From positions 1,864 through 65,863 of the forward strand of contig JAKPGJ010000032.1 of NCBI GenBank assembly GCA_029550965.1: a stretch of 64,000 bases of DNA, given 5' to 3'. Within the stretch, counting starts at the first letter, position 1. Every line of letters begins with the position of its first letter. The position numbers were made by a program, and so were the translations under genes. This document shows positions 16,690 to 25,379 of the stretch, piece after piece. Origin of the DNA: Bacillota bacterium. Lineage in GTDB: Bacteria; Bacillota; Clostridia; Oscillospirales; CAG-382. The notes under the pieces were generated by a model that saw only the letters and a program-made list of their open reading frames with translations, was not told the DNA's origin and did no database searches.

Positions 16690-19600
16690 TTATCCTACGT
16701 TCACTGTAACCTTTATATCCTCCGACCAGCCGAGGTATTTGGATATCTGGAACGTAAAGGTATCGGTTCCCTTAAAGCCCTTGTTCGGGTAATACCGGAA
16801 GGTTCCATCCTCGTTTACGGTGACAGTGCCGTTCTGCGCCGACAGCGAAACCCGCGCGAGCGTTGTCTCGTCGGCGTCGAACAGTTTGCCTTCGTAATAG
16901 GTGTCCGCTTTCGCGTTGACGGTAATGTCATCCAGCTTATCCGGGTTCAGCTTGAGGTTCTTCTTGATGAACTGATACGTGTAATCATAAATCAGCCTTG
17001 TCTTCGCCGACTCGGACTTGCTTGCCTTGTAGATGTCCATCACGCTCTGGTAGTACATATGGATGCTGTCGGTCATATAGCCGTAGATGATGCCGCCCGC
17101 CAGGTAATCCATGTACCGCTGGAAGTAAACGCTGTCGCCAAGCGCCGGAGAGTTTATCTCGATTTCGATGCACATATTGTATTCCTTCGCGATCGCGGCG
17201 GCTTCCGCAATTCTATCGGCCGGAACGTCCGCATAGAACGCGTAGTTCGGCTGCAGGCAGACCGCGTCAAAGCCGTACATAGACCACTGCATATAACCGT
17301 TCGCGCTGAAATACGGTATCCAGAACAGCTGGTAGCCGAGTTCATGCACGATGTCGCTTGTTGCGCGGATGGTTTCAAGATCGTTCTCGTTTCTGTTGAT
17401 GGTCTCGTGGAACCAGTAGAAGCCGGCCAGCTGCAGGTTCTCGTAGTTGCCGTCGCTGAACCGTTTGATAAACTCGTCGACATACCACTTTATCGCTTTC
17501 GCCTTATCCGCCGGATTCGCAAAGTTTTCGGAAACGCCGTCGCCGTCCACGTCGCCGAAATTGCTTACCGACGTGGTGGGATACAGAATGGTGTAATAGA
17601 CCATAACCTTGTAATCCGGCAGGTTCAGCGCCGATTTGATTTCGCCGACCGCCTGGTTGAGGGCGTCAAGGTTGATGTCCTTTGCAAAGACGCTGTTGAG
17701 CAGATAGTCCCAGTCGGATTTGACGGAATTCTCATACGGTTTTCCGCCCGAGGGAAGGCTGCCGGTGGTCGGAAGGAACAGGAAGCCGTCGAACATGGTG
17801 TCTAATATCTTGCCTTCCTTATCGACATATCCGGCATAGGAAAGGAATACTTCCTTTGTCAGTTTCGCGGACTCGGAATTATGGTAAGCGAGCAGAATGT
17901 CGTGCGCTCCGCCCAAAATATCCGCGCTCGGCGCGAGCCTTTTGCCGGAAACCTCAGCCGTCAGACCAAGCTTGTCGAGCGTGGCGGTCGTCGGCGCGAC
18001 ATACTTTGTGCCGAATATCTGTATTTCATCCAAATATACATGAACCGAAACGTCGAACGAAACCTTCGCGAACCGCGCCTGCACCGGCGTGTCAAGCGTT
18101 TCGTTTATCCGCGCAATGGCCGTGTCGCCGACGCCCGGAAGCTTTACTCTCTTTACCGCGTACCATTCCTCGCCGTTGTCGGAGAGGTAGAGCGTTACCA
18201 TACCGGGCACGAGAATACCGGCGGATTTTACGTTTAAAAAGTTCACGGCAAAGCCGGTTATCGTCGAAGTATGGGTCAGGTCGAAATAGATGTTTCTGGA
18301 CATGCCTCTGCAGGTCCTGAACCAGAGACCGTTGCTGTAATTCATGCTTTCGGAAATGATGCCGTCGGTAAGCAGCGTTTTGGTTACCGGGTCGTTGTAC
18401 TGCCAGTACTGCTCATCCAGCGTCGAACCGGTCGAAATCTGATACGGAAGTCCGGCGACGAGGTTTTCGTTCTTCTTCGAACCGTTATCCCAGTAGTTCC
18501 TGCCGCTCACTTTCGGAAGGGTGACTGCCGGGTAGAAGCTGCGCTCTTTGGCTTCGCCGTAAGCGTACACCGCCGCCTCTTCGATTAAGAACCACTTGGA
18601 GTCCGTCTGCGCAAGCGTAAAGCGGACATATTTGCCTCTGACAGCTTTCTGAAGCCTTAAGCTGTAGGTGTAGTTGGTCTGTTTTAAGTTGGTCGTGGCA
18701 TATACCCTGCCGACGGTCGTGTAATTGCTGTTGTCGGTCGAAACGGCGATGTCCACGTAAACGGGAAGCACGATGCCGGTTAAGGGTCTGCTGTACATGG
18801 ACAGCTCGAAGTCCGCCAGGTCGCTGCGCTCGCTGCTCAGCGTTATGGTCAAATCCAGCTGCCCGCCGCCCGCGTAGCCCACGTAAGCATTGCTTTCAAA
18901 GCCGGTGCCGGTCGGGCTTCCGTCCGTCAGTTTCTTGCCGTCGTCCGGGAACTGCTGCGCATCCGCCGCATAGGACGCCTGATAGCTGCTGCCCTTTGAA
19001 ACAAGGATTCTCGTCCTGCTCCTGTCCACAACGTCGCCGGATACCGCTTTCAGCGCCGCAAGCCGCTCTTCGTTGGTCGTGGTATCGTTCGCATACGCTT
19101 CGCCGACTTTGGCGATCGACGCCAGCTCGGATTCCAAAGCCGGAACGTCGGCGATTACGGTCAGCTCGTCCAGAAAAGTCCACGCGCTGCCCTTTGTGAT
19201 GCTAAAGCGCACATATCTGCCGTCAACCGGCTCGTTCAGCTTCAGCACGGCGGATTGAACGGTGTTTTCTACGTACTCGGGCATTTTCACGGCGCCGAGC
19301 TTTGTCCATTGTTCGTTGTCATCCGAAATATATACCAAACCAAACGACGGAGGCGCGATTCCGGCCTCTCTGGTCGCAAGGTAGCTGATTTCGAACTGGT
19401 AAAGGCGTTTTCCGTCATTCTCAAGATCGATTGTGATGCTGAATGTCTGTCCGGATAAACTATAGCCGCAGAACCGCGTGTCCGAGTAGGACGCGTTGAT
19501 TGCGTGTATTCCGTCGGTTAACTCGCTGTTGTAAGAATCGGGATACTTGCTGTCCGCTTCGATGGTAGAAGTATAGGATTTGCCGATGCTCACAATCGTG

Positions 19601-19740
19601 GCATAGGTGATTCCTTCCGACGCCGGTTCAGAACTTGCATCCGCCGATACATCGGAAACGCTGTCCGAACCGTTCTTCGTACAGCCGCTGAAAATGCCGA
19701 AGCAAAAAACAACAGCCAAAAGCAATGCGATTTTCCTCAT
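16690..19740 (-). CDS. Large lipoprotein: three discoidin (F5/8 type C)-like repeats, a DUF4855-like domain and a C-terminal Ig-like domain
   Basis: The track ORF extends to 19899. I start at ATG 19740 (GGAGAGG SD), giving MRKIALLLAVVFCFGIFSGC with a lipobox. There are three ~150-190-aa repeats, each with an LTDG motif and a (R/K)(Y/F)V(R/K)F...LDE ending. The domain names are from memory and were not searched. Confidence 0.7.
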   Translation of the reverse strand: MRKIALLLAVVFCFGIFSGCTKNGSDSVSDVSADASSEPASEGITYATIVSIGKSYTSTIEADSKYPDSYNSELTDGIHAINASYSDTRFCGYSLSGQTFSITIDLENDGKRLYQFEISYLATREAGIAPPSFGLVYISDDNEQWTKLGAVKMPEYVENTVQSAVLKLNEPVDGRYVRFSITKGSAWTFLDELTVIADVPALESELASIAKVGEAYANDTTTNEERLAALKAVSGDVVDRSRTRILVSKGSSYQASYAADAQQFPDDGKKLTDGSPTGTGFESNAYVGYAGGGQLDLTITLSSERSDLADFELSMYSRPLTGIVLPVYVDIAVSTDNSNYTTVGRVYATTNLKQTNYTYSLRLQKAVRGKYVRFTLAQTDSKWFLIEEAAVYAYGEAKERSFYPAVTLPKVSGRNYWDNGSKKNENLVAGLPYQISTGSTLDEQYWQYNDPVTKTLLTDGIISESMNYSNGLWFRTCRGMSRNIYFDLTHTSTITGFAVNFLNVKSAGILVPGMVTLYLSDNGEEWYAVKRVKLPGVGDTAIARINETLDTPVQARFAKVSFDVSVHVYLDEIQIFGTKYVAPTTATLDKLGLTAEVSGKRLAPSADILGGAHDILLAYHNSESAKLTKEVFLSYAGYVDKEGKILDTMFDGFLFLPTTGSLPSGGKPYENSVKSDWDYLLNSVFAKDINLDALNQAVGEIKSALNLPDYKVMVYYTILYPTTSVSNFGDVDGDGVSENFANPADKAKAIKWYVDEFIKRFSDGNYENLQLAGFYWFHETINRNENDLETIRATSDIVHELGYQLFWIPYFSANGYMQWSMYGFDAVCLQPNYAFYADVPADRIAEAAAIAKEYNMCIEIEINSPALGDSVYFQRYMDYLAGGIIYGYMTDSIHMYYQSVMDIYKASKSESAKTRLIYDYTYQFIKKNLKLNPDKLDDITVNAKADTYYEGKLFDADETTLARVSLSAQNGTVTVNEDGTFRYYPNKGFKGTDTFTFQISKYLGWSEDIKVTVNVG

Positions 19741-19756
19741 AGACCTCTCCTGTAAA

Positions 19757-20989
19757 CTATTTTCCTTTATAGTATGCAACCGCAAGGTCAACAACCAGAC
19801 CGTAGCTCTTGATGCCTTCCTTCTGGCCCTGAGTTCCGAGAAAAGCGTTGTTGACCGTACCGGCAACTTCCGATGCCTTGCTCTCTCTGTACTTGTCAAA
19901 GAAAATGGAATAGGACGCGTACTCGCCCCGCAACTGAGCCGGGCAGTATTCCGAATAATACTTGTTGTATAGCTTGGAATCCGCCTGATGCAGCGCGTTC
20001 AGCAGGTAGTTGAGCATATTGCTGCAGGCGGAATAGCGGATGTACGCGTCGCCGCTCTCCATGCAGACGAGGAACGCGACAAAATTCGCCTCGTCCTCTT
20101 TCGCAATTCCGCGCTGGTGCGCCATTTCGTGCGCCATGGTGTACGGCAGAATAAAATCGGGGTAGTTCGTGTTTACGTTGGCTTCGCCCGTCATAAACGA
20201 ATAAACGCCGGAAATATGCGTGTAGGTGAGCAGTTCCGACAACACGATCGGTTTCGGATAGGAGTAAAAGGTGTCGATGTAATCAACCTTTTTCGCATAC
20301 CGCTCAAACGCGGCGTTCAGCTTTTCAACCAGCTCCGGATACGAGTAAGGCATCATCGACGCGCCGTTGTAGATAAATTTCACCTTGTCCAGATCCGCCT
20401 TCATTTCCTCGGTCACCTTGACCGCGGTATCAAACAGCTCCTGCGCGGAAACCCCCTTTTTTTCGATGCCGAGATTCTTCTCCAGCGGATAGCGGAAGTA
20501 ACACGGACCGAACGCAAGGAAGAAATCCGAAACAATCAGCAAAAGAATACAGATCAGCGGCGTAAGCCACTTGTAAAAATCCCGCTGATTCTTTGAGTTG
20601 TTGATGGCGCGCCACGAAGCGACAAGATACCAGACTGCGATAAACGGGATGGACAGCAGAAGCCACTCTGCGATGGAAAAATAAAAATAGGTTGTCGATT
20701 TTGCCTGCGCGAATTTAAGCCAGAACGCCGGATACCTTGCCCAAAACTCCGCGAAATCGCTCGATAACCGGGAAACCGTGTAAACGACGACTGAAAACAG
20801 AAAAATGACAACGCAGGCGATGAAACAAAACGAAAAAAATCCGCGTTCGCGAAGCTTACCTTTTAAAGTAAGCTTCGCAGCGGAATTCGATTCGTTTATA
20901 CCAGTCTCCAGATTCGCCTGCTGTTCGCCGGCGTTCTCGGGAGAGTTCATGTCCATTGCATTTGGTTTAAAATCAAACGTATCAGACAC
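19757..20989 (-). CDS. Membrane HExxH metalloprotease-like protein (DUF3810-like)
   Basis: 410 aa, GTG start overlapping the ilvE stop by 1 nt (TAGTG). N-terminal TM helices are followed by YTMAHEMAHQRGIAKEDEANFVAFLVC. Confidence 0.65.
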   Translation of the reverse strand: MSDTFDFKPNAMDMNSPENAGEQQANLETGINESNSAAKLTLKGKLRERGFFSFCFIACVVIFLFSVVVYTVSRLSSDFAEFWARYPAFWLKFAQAKSTTYFYFSIAEWLLLSIPFIAVWYLVASWRAINNSKNQRDFYKWLTPLICILLLIVSDFFLAFGPCYFRYPLEKNLGIEKKGVSAQELFDTAVKVTEEMKADLDKVKFIYNGASMMPYSYPELVEKLNAAFERYAKKVDYIDTFYSYPKPIVLSELLTYTHISGVYSFMTGEANVNTNYPDFILPYTMAHEMAHQRGIAKEDEANFVAFLVCMESGDAYIRYSACSNMLNYLLNALHQADSKLYNKYYSEYCPAQLRGEYASYSIFFDKYRESKASEVAGTVNNAFLGTQGQKEGIKSYGLVVDLAVAYYKGK

Positions 20990-22056
20990 TATTTAACCTC
21001 TCTCGTCCAGCCGAATTCATCTTTGATTCTGCCGAATTGAATGCCTGTGATTTGGTCGTACAGGAACTGCGAAATCTTGCCGATTTTGCCCTCGTTGATG
21101 ACGATGATTCTTCCGTCCCAGTCGAGCTTTCCGACCGGCGAAACAACGGCGGCGGTTCCGGTGCCGAAGACCTCCTGCAGTTTGCCGCTTTCCGCAGCGT
21201 CGTACACTTCCTGAATGCTGATTTTCCGCTCGGTAACCTTATATCCGTACGCGCGGAGCAGTTCGATTGCGGAAGCCCTTGTGACGCCCGGCAGAATGTT
21301 TCCTTCATCCAAAGAGGGCGTGATGACCTCACCGTCGATGACGAAGAAGACGTTCATCGAGCCGACCTCGTCAACATACTTATGCTCTATGCCGTCCAGC
21401 CAGAGAACCTGCGCGTACCCTTTCTCCTCCGCTTTCTGCTGACCGATTAAGGAAGCAGCGTAGTTGGCGCCTACCTTCGCGAAGCCCATTCCGCCTCTGA
21501 CCGCGCGTACGTACTCATCCTCAACGCAGATGTCGACCGGGTTCAATCCGGCGGCGTAATACGCGCCGACCGGCGACAGAATAATCATAAACAGGTAGGT
21601 CTTTGACGGATGTACGCCGAGCGCCGGGTCGGTCGCGATGATGAACGGACGTATGTAGAGCGACGTGCCGGGCAGCGTGGGAATCCAGTCGCTGTCAATC
21701 TTTACAGTCTCTATAATGGCCTGCAGGATGTCGTCCGGATTCACCTGCGGAACGCAGAGCCTTTTATTGGTACTGTTCATTCTCTCTATATTTTTTTCAG
21801 GTCTGAACAAAAGAATTCTTCCGTCTTCCGTCTTATATGCCTTCAGACCCTCAAACATCTCCTGCGCGTAATGGAACACCATGCATGCGGGCGAAAGCGA
21901 TATGTCGCCGAATGGAACAATTCTTGCGTCGTGCCAGCCGATGCCCTCGGTATAATTCATCATAAACATATGGTCGGTAAAATAACGTCCAAAACCGAGC
22001 GCGTTCTGGTCCGGTTTTTGCTTTGGCGTTTGGGTTCTGGTGATGGTTATTTTCAA
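20989..22056 (-). CDS. ilvE: Branched-chain amino acid aminotransferase
   Basis: The track ORF extends to 22158. I prefer TTG 22056, 8 nt after an AGGAG SD (LKITITRTQTPKQKPD...). The sequence is class IV aminotransferase throughout (FGRYFTDHMF, EGLKAYK, GGMGFAKVGANYA, GTGTAAVV). Confidence 0.9.
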   Translation of the reverse strand: MKITITRTQTPKQKPDQNALGFGRYFTDHMFMMNYTEGIGWHDARIVPFGDISLSPACMVFHYAQEMFEGLKAYKTEDGRILLFRPEKNIERMNSTNKRLCVPQVNPDDILQAIIETVKIDSDWIPTLPGTSLYIRPFIIATDPALGVHPSKTYLFMIILSPVGAYYAAGLNPVDICVEDEYVRAVRGGMGFAKVGANYAASLIGQQKAEEKGYAQVLWLDGIEHKYVDEVGSMNVFFVIDGEVITPSLDEGNILPGVTRASAIELLRAYGYKVTERKISIQEVYDAAESGKLQEVFGTGTAAVVSPVGKLDWDGRIIVINEGKIGKISQFLYDQITGIQFGRIKDEFGWTREVK

Positions 22057-22318
22057 TTTAAACACTCCTAAAAAACGATATATGTTGAATAAATATAAAA
22101 TATTATCAGCAAAAAATGTATTATTGTTTATTATAATACTTCTTTTTAAAAAGTGCAACGATTTTTATTATAAATACTGCACAATTTTTACCGCACAAAT
22201 AACAGCACATTAGACAAAACGGCGGATTTTGCTCTAAATGTTATCATTTGTTAACATTCAGTTCACATTTTACATTTATATATTAAGTATCTAATGCAAC
22301 TCGAGAGGAGTTATAAGC

Positions 22319-23482
22319 TTGAAATTTCCATCCACACTTTCTTCGCTGGTGGAGTACAAGCAAAAAGCTATAACGGCCTTTAGGAATTCACATTTCAGAA
22401 ATCTCGTCATATCTGTTTTAGTGTTCTCTTTATTGTTTACAGGCGTTTTAGTTTTTTCTGGAAACCACAGCGACTTAGCAGACCAGGATGTTTCGATATA
22501 CGGACAGGAAGCGGCAATCACCGCGCAGGCGAACAATCTTGTCAGCGCGTACGGTCTTTATATCGACGGTTCATTCATTGCTGCTGCTGAGAATAAAGAA
22601 ACAATCGATTCGGCGCTTGATATTCTTCTGAACGCAAAGGTTGCTTCGCTTCCCATCACGAATATCACAAGTTACAGACTGAGAAACGACGTTATCATCG
22701 AAGAGGGAGAGTTTAATCCCCAGTACATCGCAGACGAGGCTACGCTTTACAAGCTCTTGGGCATGGAGAACGAGTACTCCTTCACGTTCGTCGTCAAGAG
22801 CATTACGGGCGAGGCCATCGACTGCAAACTGTCGGCGGAAGTAAAAGCGACTGGAACCAAAACGGTTGAGATTCCTTATGATACGGACTACGTCGATACC
22901 GATTTGAGAGTTGCCGGCTACGAAAAAGTGGTCACCGCAGGCGCGAACGGTGTCGGAATCGAAAATTACGCGTACGTTTATCATGACGACGTCCTGGTTG
23001 AGGAAACTTATCTTTCAACCGAAGTTATCGAGAAACCTACCAACGAGATTGTCGAACGCGGCGCTCTGAACGCCGACAAAACCGTCAATTCTCTCGGCAT
23101 TTTGGCTTCTCCCTATCACGGCAGAATCAGTTCCGGTTACGGATATAGAGAGGACGGTTTCCACGACGGCATCGACATTATCGCGATCAGCGGCAGCTGC
23201 TACGGACACGACGTTTACGCGGCCATGAACGGTACGGTTATCCAGGCTTGTTATTCGTCGGGTTTGGGCAACAACGTGAAAATCGACAACGGCAACGGCA
23301 TTATCATCACCTACGCGCATCTCTCAAAAATACTGGTAACAAAAGGCCAGACGGTCAAAACCGGCGATGTTGTCGGTCAAATCGGCGCCACCGGCAGAGC
23401 TACGGGACCGCATCTGCATTTCTCGGTTGAAGATCACGGAAAATCTGTCAACCCGCTGTTATACTTAGATTTGGATAAGTAA
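22319..23482 (+). CDS. M23 family metallopeptidase with N-terminal membrane anchor and G5-like domain
   Basis: 387 aa, TTG start after GAGAGGA. M23 motifs HDGIDI and GATGRATGPHLHFSV are present. The preceding segment TVEIPYDTDYVDTD...VVTAGANGV...ERGA is G5-like. Confidence 0.85.
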   Translation: MKFPSTLSSLVEYKQKAITAFRNSHFRNLVISVLVFSLLFTGVLVFSGNHSDLADQDVSIYGQEAAITAQANNLVSAYGLYIDGSFIAAAENKETIDSALDILLNAKVASLPITNITSYRLRNDVIIEEGEFNPQYIADEATLYKLLGMENEYSFTFVVKSITGEAIDCKLSAEVKATGTKTVEIPYDTDYVDTDLRVAGYEKVVTAGANGVGIENYAYVYHDDVLVEETYLSTEVIEKPTNEIVERGALNADKTVNSLGILASPYHGRISSGYGYREDGFHDGIDIIAISGSCYGHDVYAAMNGTVIQACYSSGLGNNVKIDNGNGIIITYAHLSKILVTKGQTVKTGDVVGQIGATGRATGPHLHFSVEDHGKSVNPLLYLDLDK

Positions 23483-23499
23483 TTCTCTATAGCGAAAAA

Positions 23500-23535
23500 C
23501 TCCCCTTGATAATTCAAGGGGAGAATTCTTATTCC
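23500..23535 (+). terminator. Probable terminator
   Basis: The stem is CTCCCCTTGA / TCAAGGGGAG. The T tract is interrupted. Confidence 0.6.
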
Positions 23536-23606
23536 CCTTTCGACGCTTTTCATGCGGCTTGTCCTTTATATTAAAGAAAAGGCCGGAATCTTAAAAAGAA
23601 AATATC

Positions 23607-24560
23607 ATGTATAAGACGCAGGAAGACTTGTTTTTTCGTAATGAGGTGATTGTCTTGAAAAGCCTGAAGGCAGGGCATCTTTCTCTTGCTTCTTCTGCAT
23701 CGAAATTCACTTTTTTTATTTTGATTACTTTTCTTTTGGTATTATGCAGTCTTCTGTTTACTGCGAATCAAAACCAGAACCGTTTTTCCAGCCCGAACGC
23801 CGCTTCCTGCGCTTTATCTGACGATTCGGACGGCACGCATGAAAACTCCGACAGTAAAGAAACGTTTCTTCTTGACCCGGAATCGAGCGCATCCTCTTCT
23901 GATTCCGCCGACATATCCGCGCCGCTCGAGTCGTCGCAGACGACGAGCGAAATCTTTCCGGATGTTCCGCCGGAAGGCAAGTTTTACATCGAAATGAAAA
24001 ACACCCTGCAAAAACCCGAGCTTCCAACCGGCTGCGAGGCGACGGCTTTGGCGATCGTGCTCAATTTTTTAGGCTTCGACGCCGACAAATGCGAAATCGT
24101 AGATCATTATATGCCGAAAACTACAAAGCTGTACAGCATGAACACCCATTTTATCGGGAATCCTTACAAAAAAGACGGTATCGGCTGTTACGCGCCCGTC
24201 GTCGCCATCACGGCGGAAAACTACTTTCGAGAAAACGTGATTACGGACCGGACCGTGAGGAACATAACCGGCGCTACGCCTGATGAGCTGTATTGCTATG
24301 TTTCGCTGGGACAGCCGGTTATCTGCTGGGCGACGATCAACATGACGAACACCTACGTCGCGAAAACCTGGATTGCGGAAGACACCGGCGAAACGGTGGA
24401 GTTTTATCTCAACGAGCACGCGACCGTTTTGGTCGGATACGATACCGTGAAGAAGACGGTTACGTTAAACGACCCCTGGAGAGGCATCGTAACCTACTCG
24501 ATGGAGCTGTTTGAAAAGCGGTACAAACAGCTTGGACAGCAGGCCATTATCATTCGATAA
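23607..24560 (+). CDS. Membrane-anchored C39-like cysteine peptidase domain protein (Peptidase_C39_2 type)
   Basis: 317 aa. An alternative TTG start at 23655 follows a GAGGTGA SD. It has one TM helix, an S-rich linker, then PELPTGCEATALAIVLNFLGF (catalytic Cys) and NEHATVLVGYD (His). Confidence 0.7.
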   Translation: MYKTQEDLFFRNEVIVLKSLKAGHLSLASSASKFTFFILITFLLVLCSLLFTANQNQNRFSSPNAASCALSDDSDGTHENSDSKETFLLDPESSASSSDSADISAPLESSQTTSEIFPDVPPEGKFYIEMKNTLQKPELPTGCEATALAIVLNFLGFDADKCEIVDHYMPKTTKLYSMNTHFIGNPYKKDGIGCYAPVVAITAENYFRENVITDRTVRNITGATPDELYCYVSLGQPVICWATINMTNTYVAKTWIAEDTGETVEFYLNEHATVLVGYDTVKKTVTLNDPWRGIVTYSMELFEKRYKQLGQQAIIIR

Positions 24561-24601
24561 AAAAACAGAGAGTTTGTATTCCAAACTCTCTGTATTTTTT
24601 T
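24559..24601. terminator. Bidirectional terminator (C39-like gene / rplQ)
   Basis: A7-ACAGAGAGTTTG-loop-CAAACTCTCTGT-T8. Confidence 0.9.
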
Positions 24602-24606
24602 GCGGT

Positions 24607-25341
24607 TTACTCTGCGCTCTTTTCAGCGTCTGCGCTCTCTGCAGCGGATTCAGCGGAAGCAGTATCTGTTGCAGAAGTTTCTTCAGCCTGAACAGCCGCC
24701 GCGGGCGCTGTTTCGGTTGATGCTGCTTCAGCAGATTCAGTTGCAGCGGAAGCTTTCGACTTGGCTTTTCTTCTTGTTGTCTTCTTAGCGGCGCCTTCAG
24801 CAGCTTTGCTTTCGGCTTTGGCTTCAGCCTTGTCTTCAGCTTGGGTTTCGGTCTTGTCCGTTTTCTTGGAAGAAGTCCTCTTCGAAGCGGTCTTCTTTTC
24901 GGTTGTCTTCTCGGATTTCTTTGCTTCCTTTTCTTCGGACTTTTTCTCTTCAGCTTTCTTTTTCTTGTCTTTTTCGTTGGTTTCGTAGATGGATTCGGCG
25001 TCGACCATTGAAATGATGGCCATTTCGGCGCCGTCACCACGTCTCGGGCCTATCTTCAACACTCTCGTGTAGCCGCCGTTGCGATCGCTGTAATTCGGCG
25101 CGATCACGGTAAACAGTTTTGCTACCACGCTCTCCTTCTTGAGGAAAGCCAACGCCTGTCTTCTCGAAGCAAGCGTGTTTTCTTTGCCCAGCGTTACCAT
25201 TTTATCTGCAAGCGCGCTAACTTCTTTTGCGCGTGTTACTGTTGTTTCGATTTTACCCTTCTCTAAAAGAAATGTTACCATTCCTTTCAGCATGGACAGT
25301 CTATGATCTGTTTTCCTGCCTAACTTTCTTGTTCCGGGCAT
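24607..25341 (-). CDS. rplQ: 50S ribosomal protein L17 with ~130-aa low-complexity C-terminal extension
   Basis: 244 aa. Residues 1-113 are canonical L17 (MPGTRKLGRKTDHRLSMLKG...GYTRVLKIGPRRGDGAEMAIISMVD). The remainder is a K/E/A/S/T-rich tail. Confidence 0.95.
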   Translation of the reverse strand: MPGTRKLGRKTDHRLSMLKGMVTFLLEKGKIETTVTRAKEVSALADKMVTLGKENTLASRRQALAFLKKESVVAKLFTVIAPNYSDRNGGYTRVLKIGPRRGDGAEMAIISMVDAESIYETNEKDKKKKAEEKKSEEKEAKKSEKTTEKKTASKRTSSKKTDKTETQAEDKAEAKAESKAAEGAAKKTTRRKAKSKASAATESAEAASTETAPAAAVQAEETSATDTASAESAAESADAEKSAE

Positions 25342-25379
25342 TATCTTTGCCTCCTTTATATAGATTTTACTTCAGCCGC

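Noticed and set aside
16558-17805. 415-aa ORF on the + strand
   Set aside because: It is entirely antisense to the lipoprotein gene. It has the Arg/Val/Leu-rich composition typical of shadow ORFs in GC-rich coding DNA, has no SD, and starts inside a terminator region.
22057-22318. Possible T-box leader for ilvE
   Set aside because: The 262-nt spacer is extremely AT-rich and is shared with the divergent M23 gene. It contains no conserved T-box core (GGUGGUACCGCG-like) or stem I motifs.
24465-25040. 191-aa Lys/Arg/Pro-rich ORF in an alternative frame of the rplQ tail
   Set aside because: It is a frame-shifted reading of the same purine-rich low-complexity DNA. The frame continuous with the L17 core is the parsimonious one, and the alternative frame has no independent start signals.
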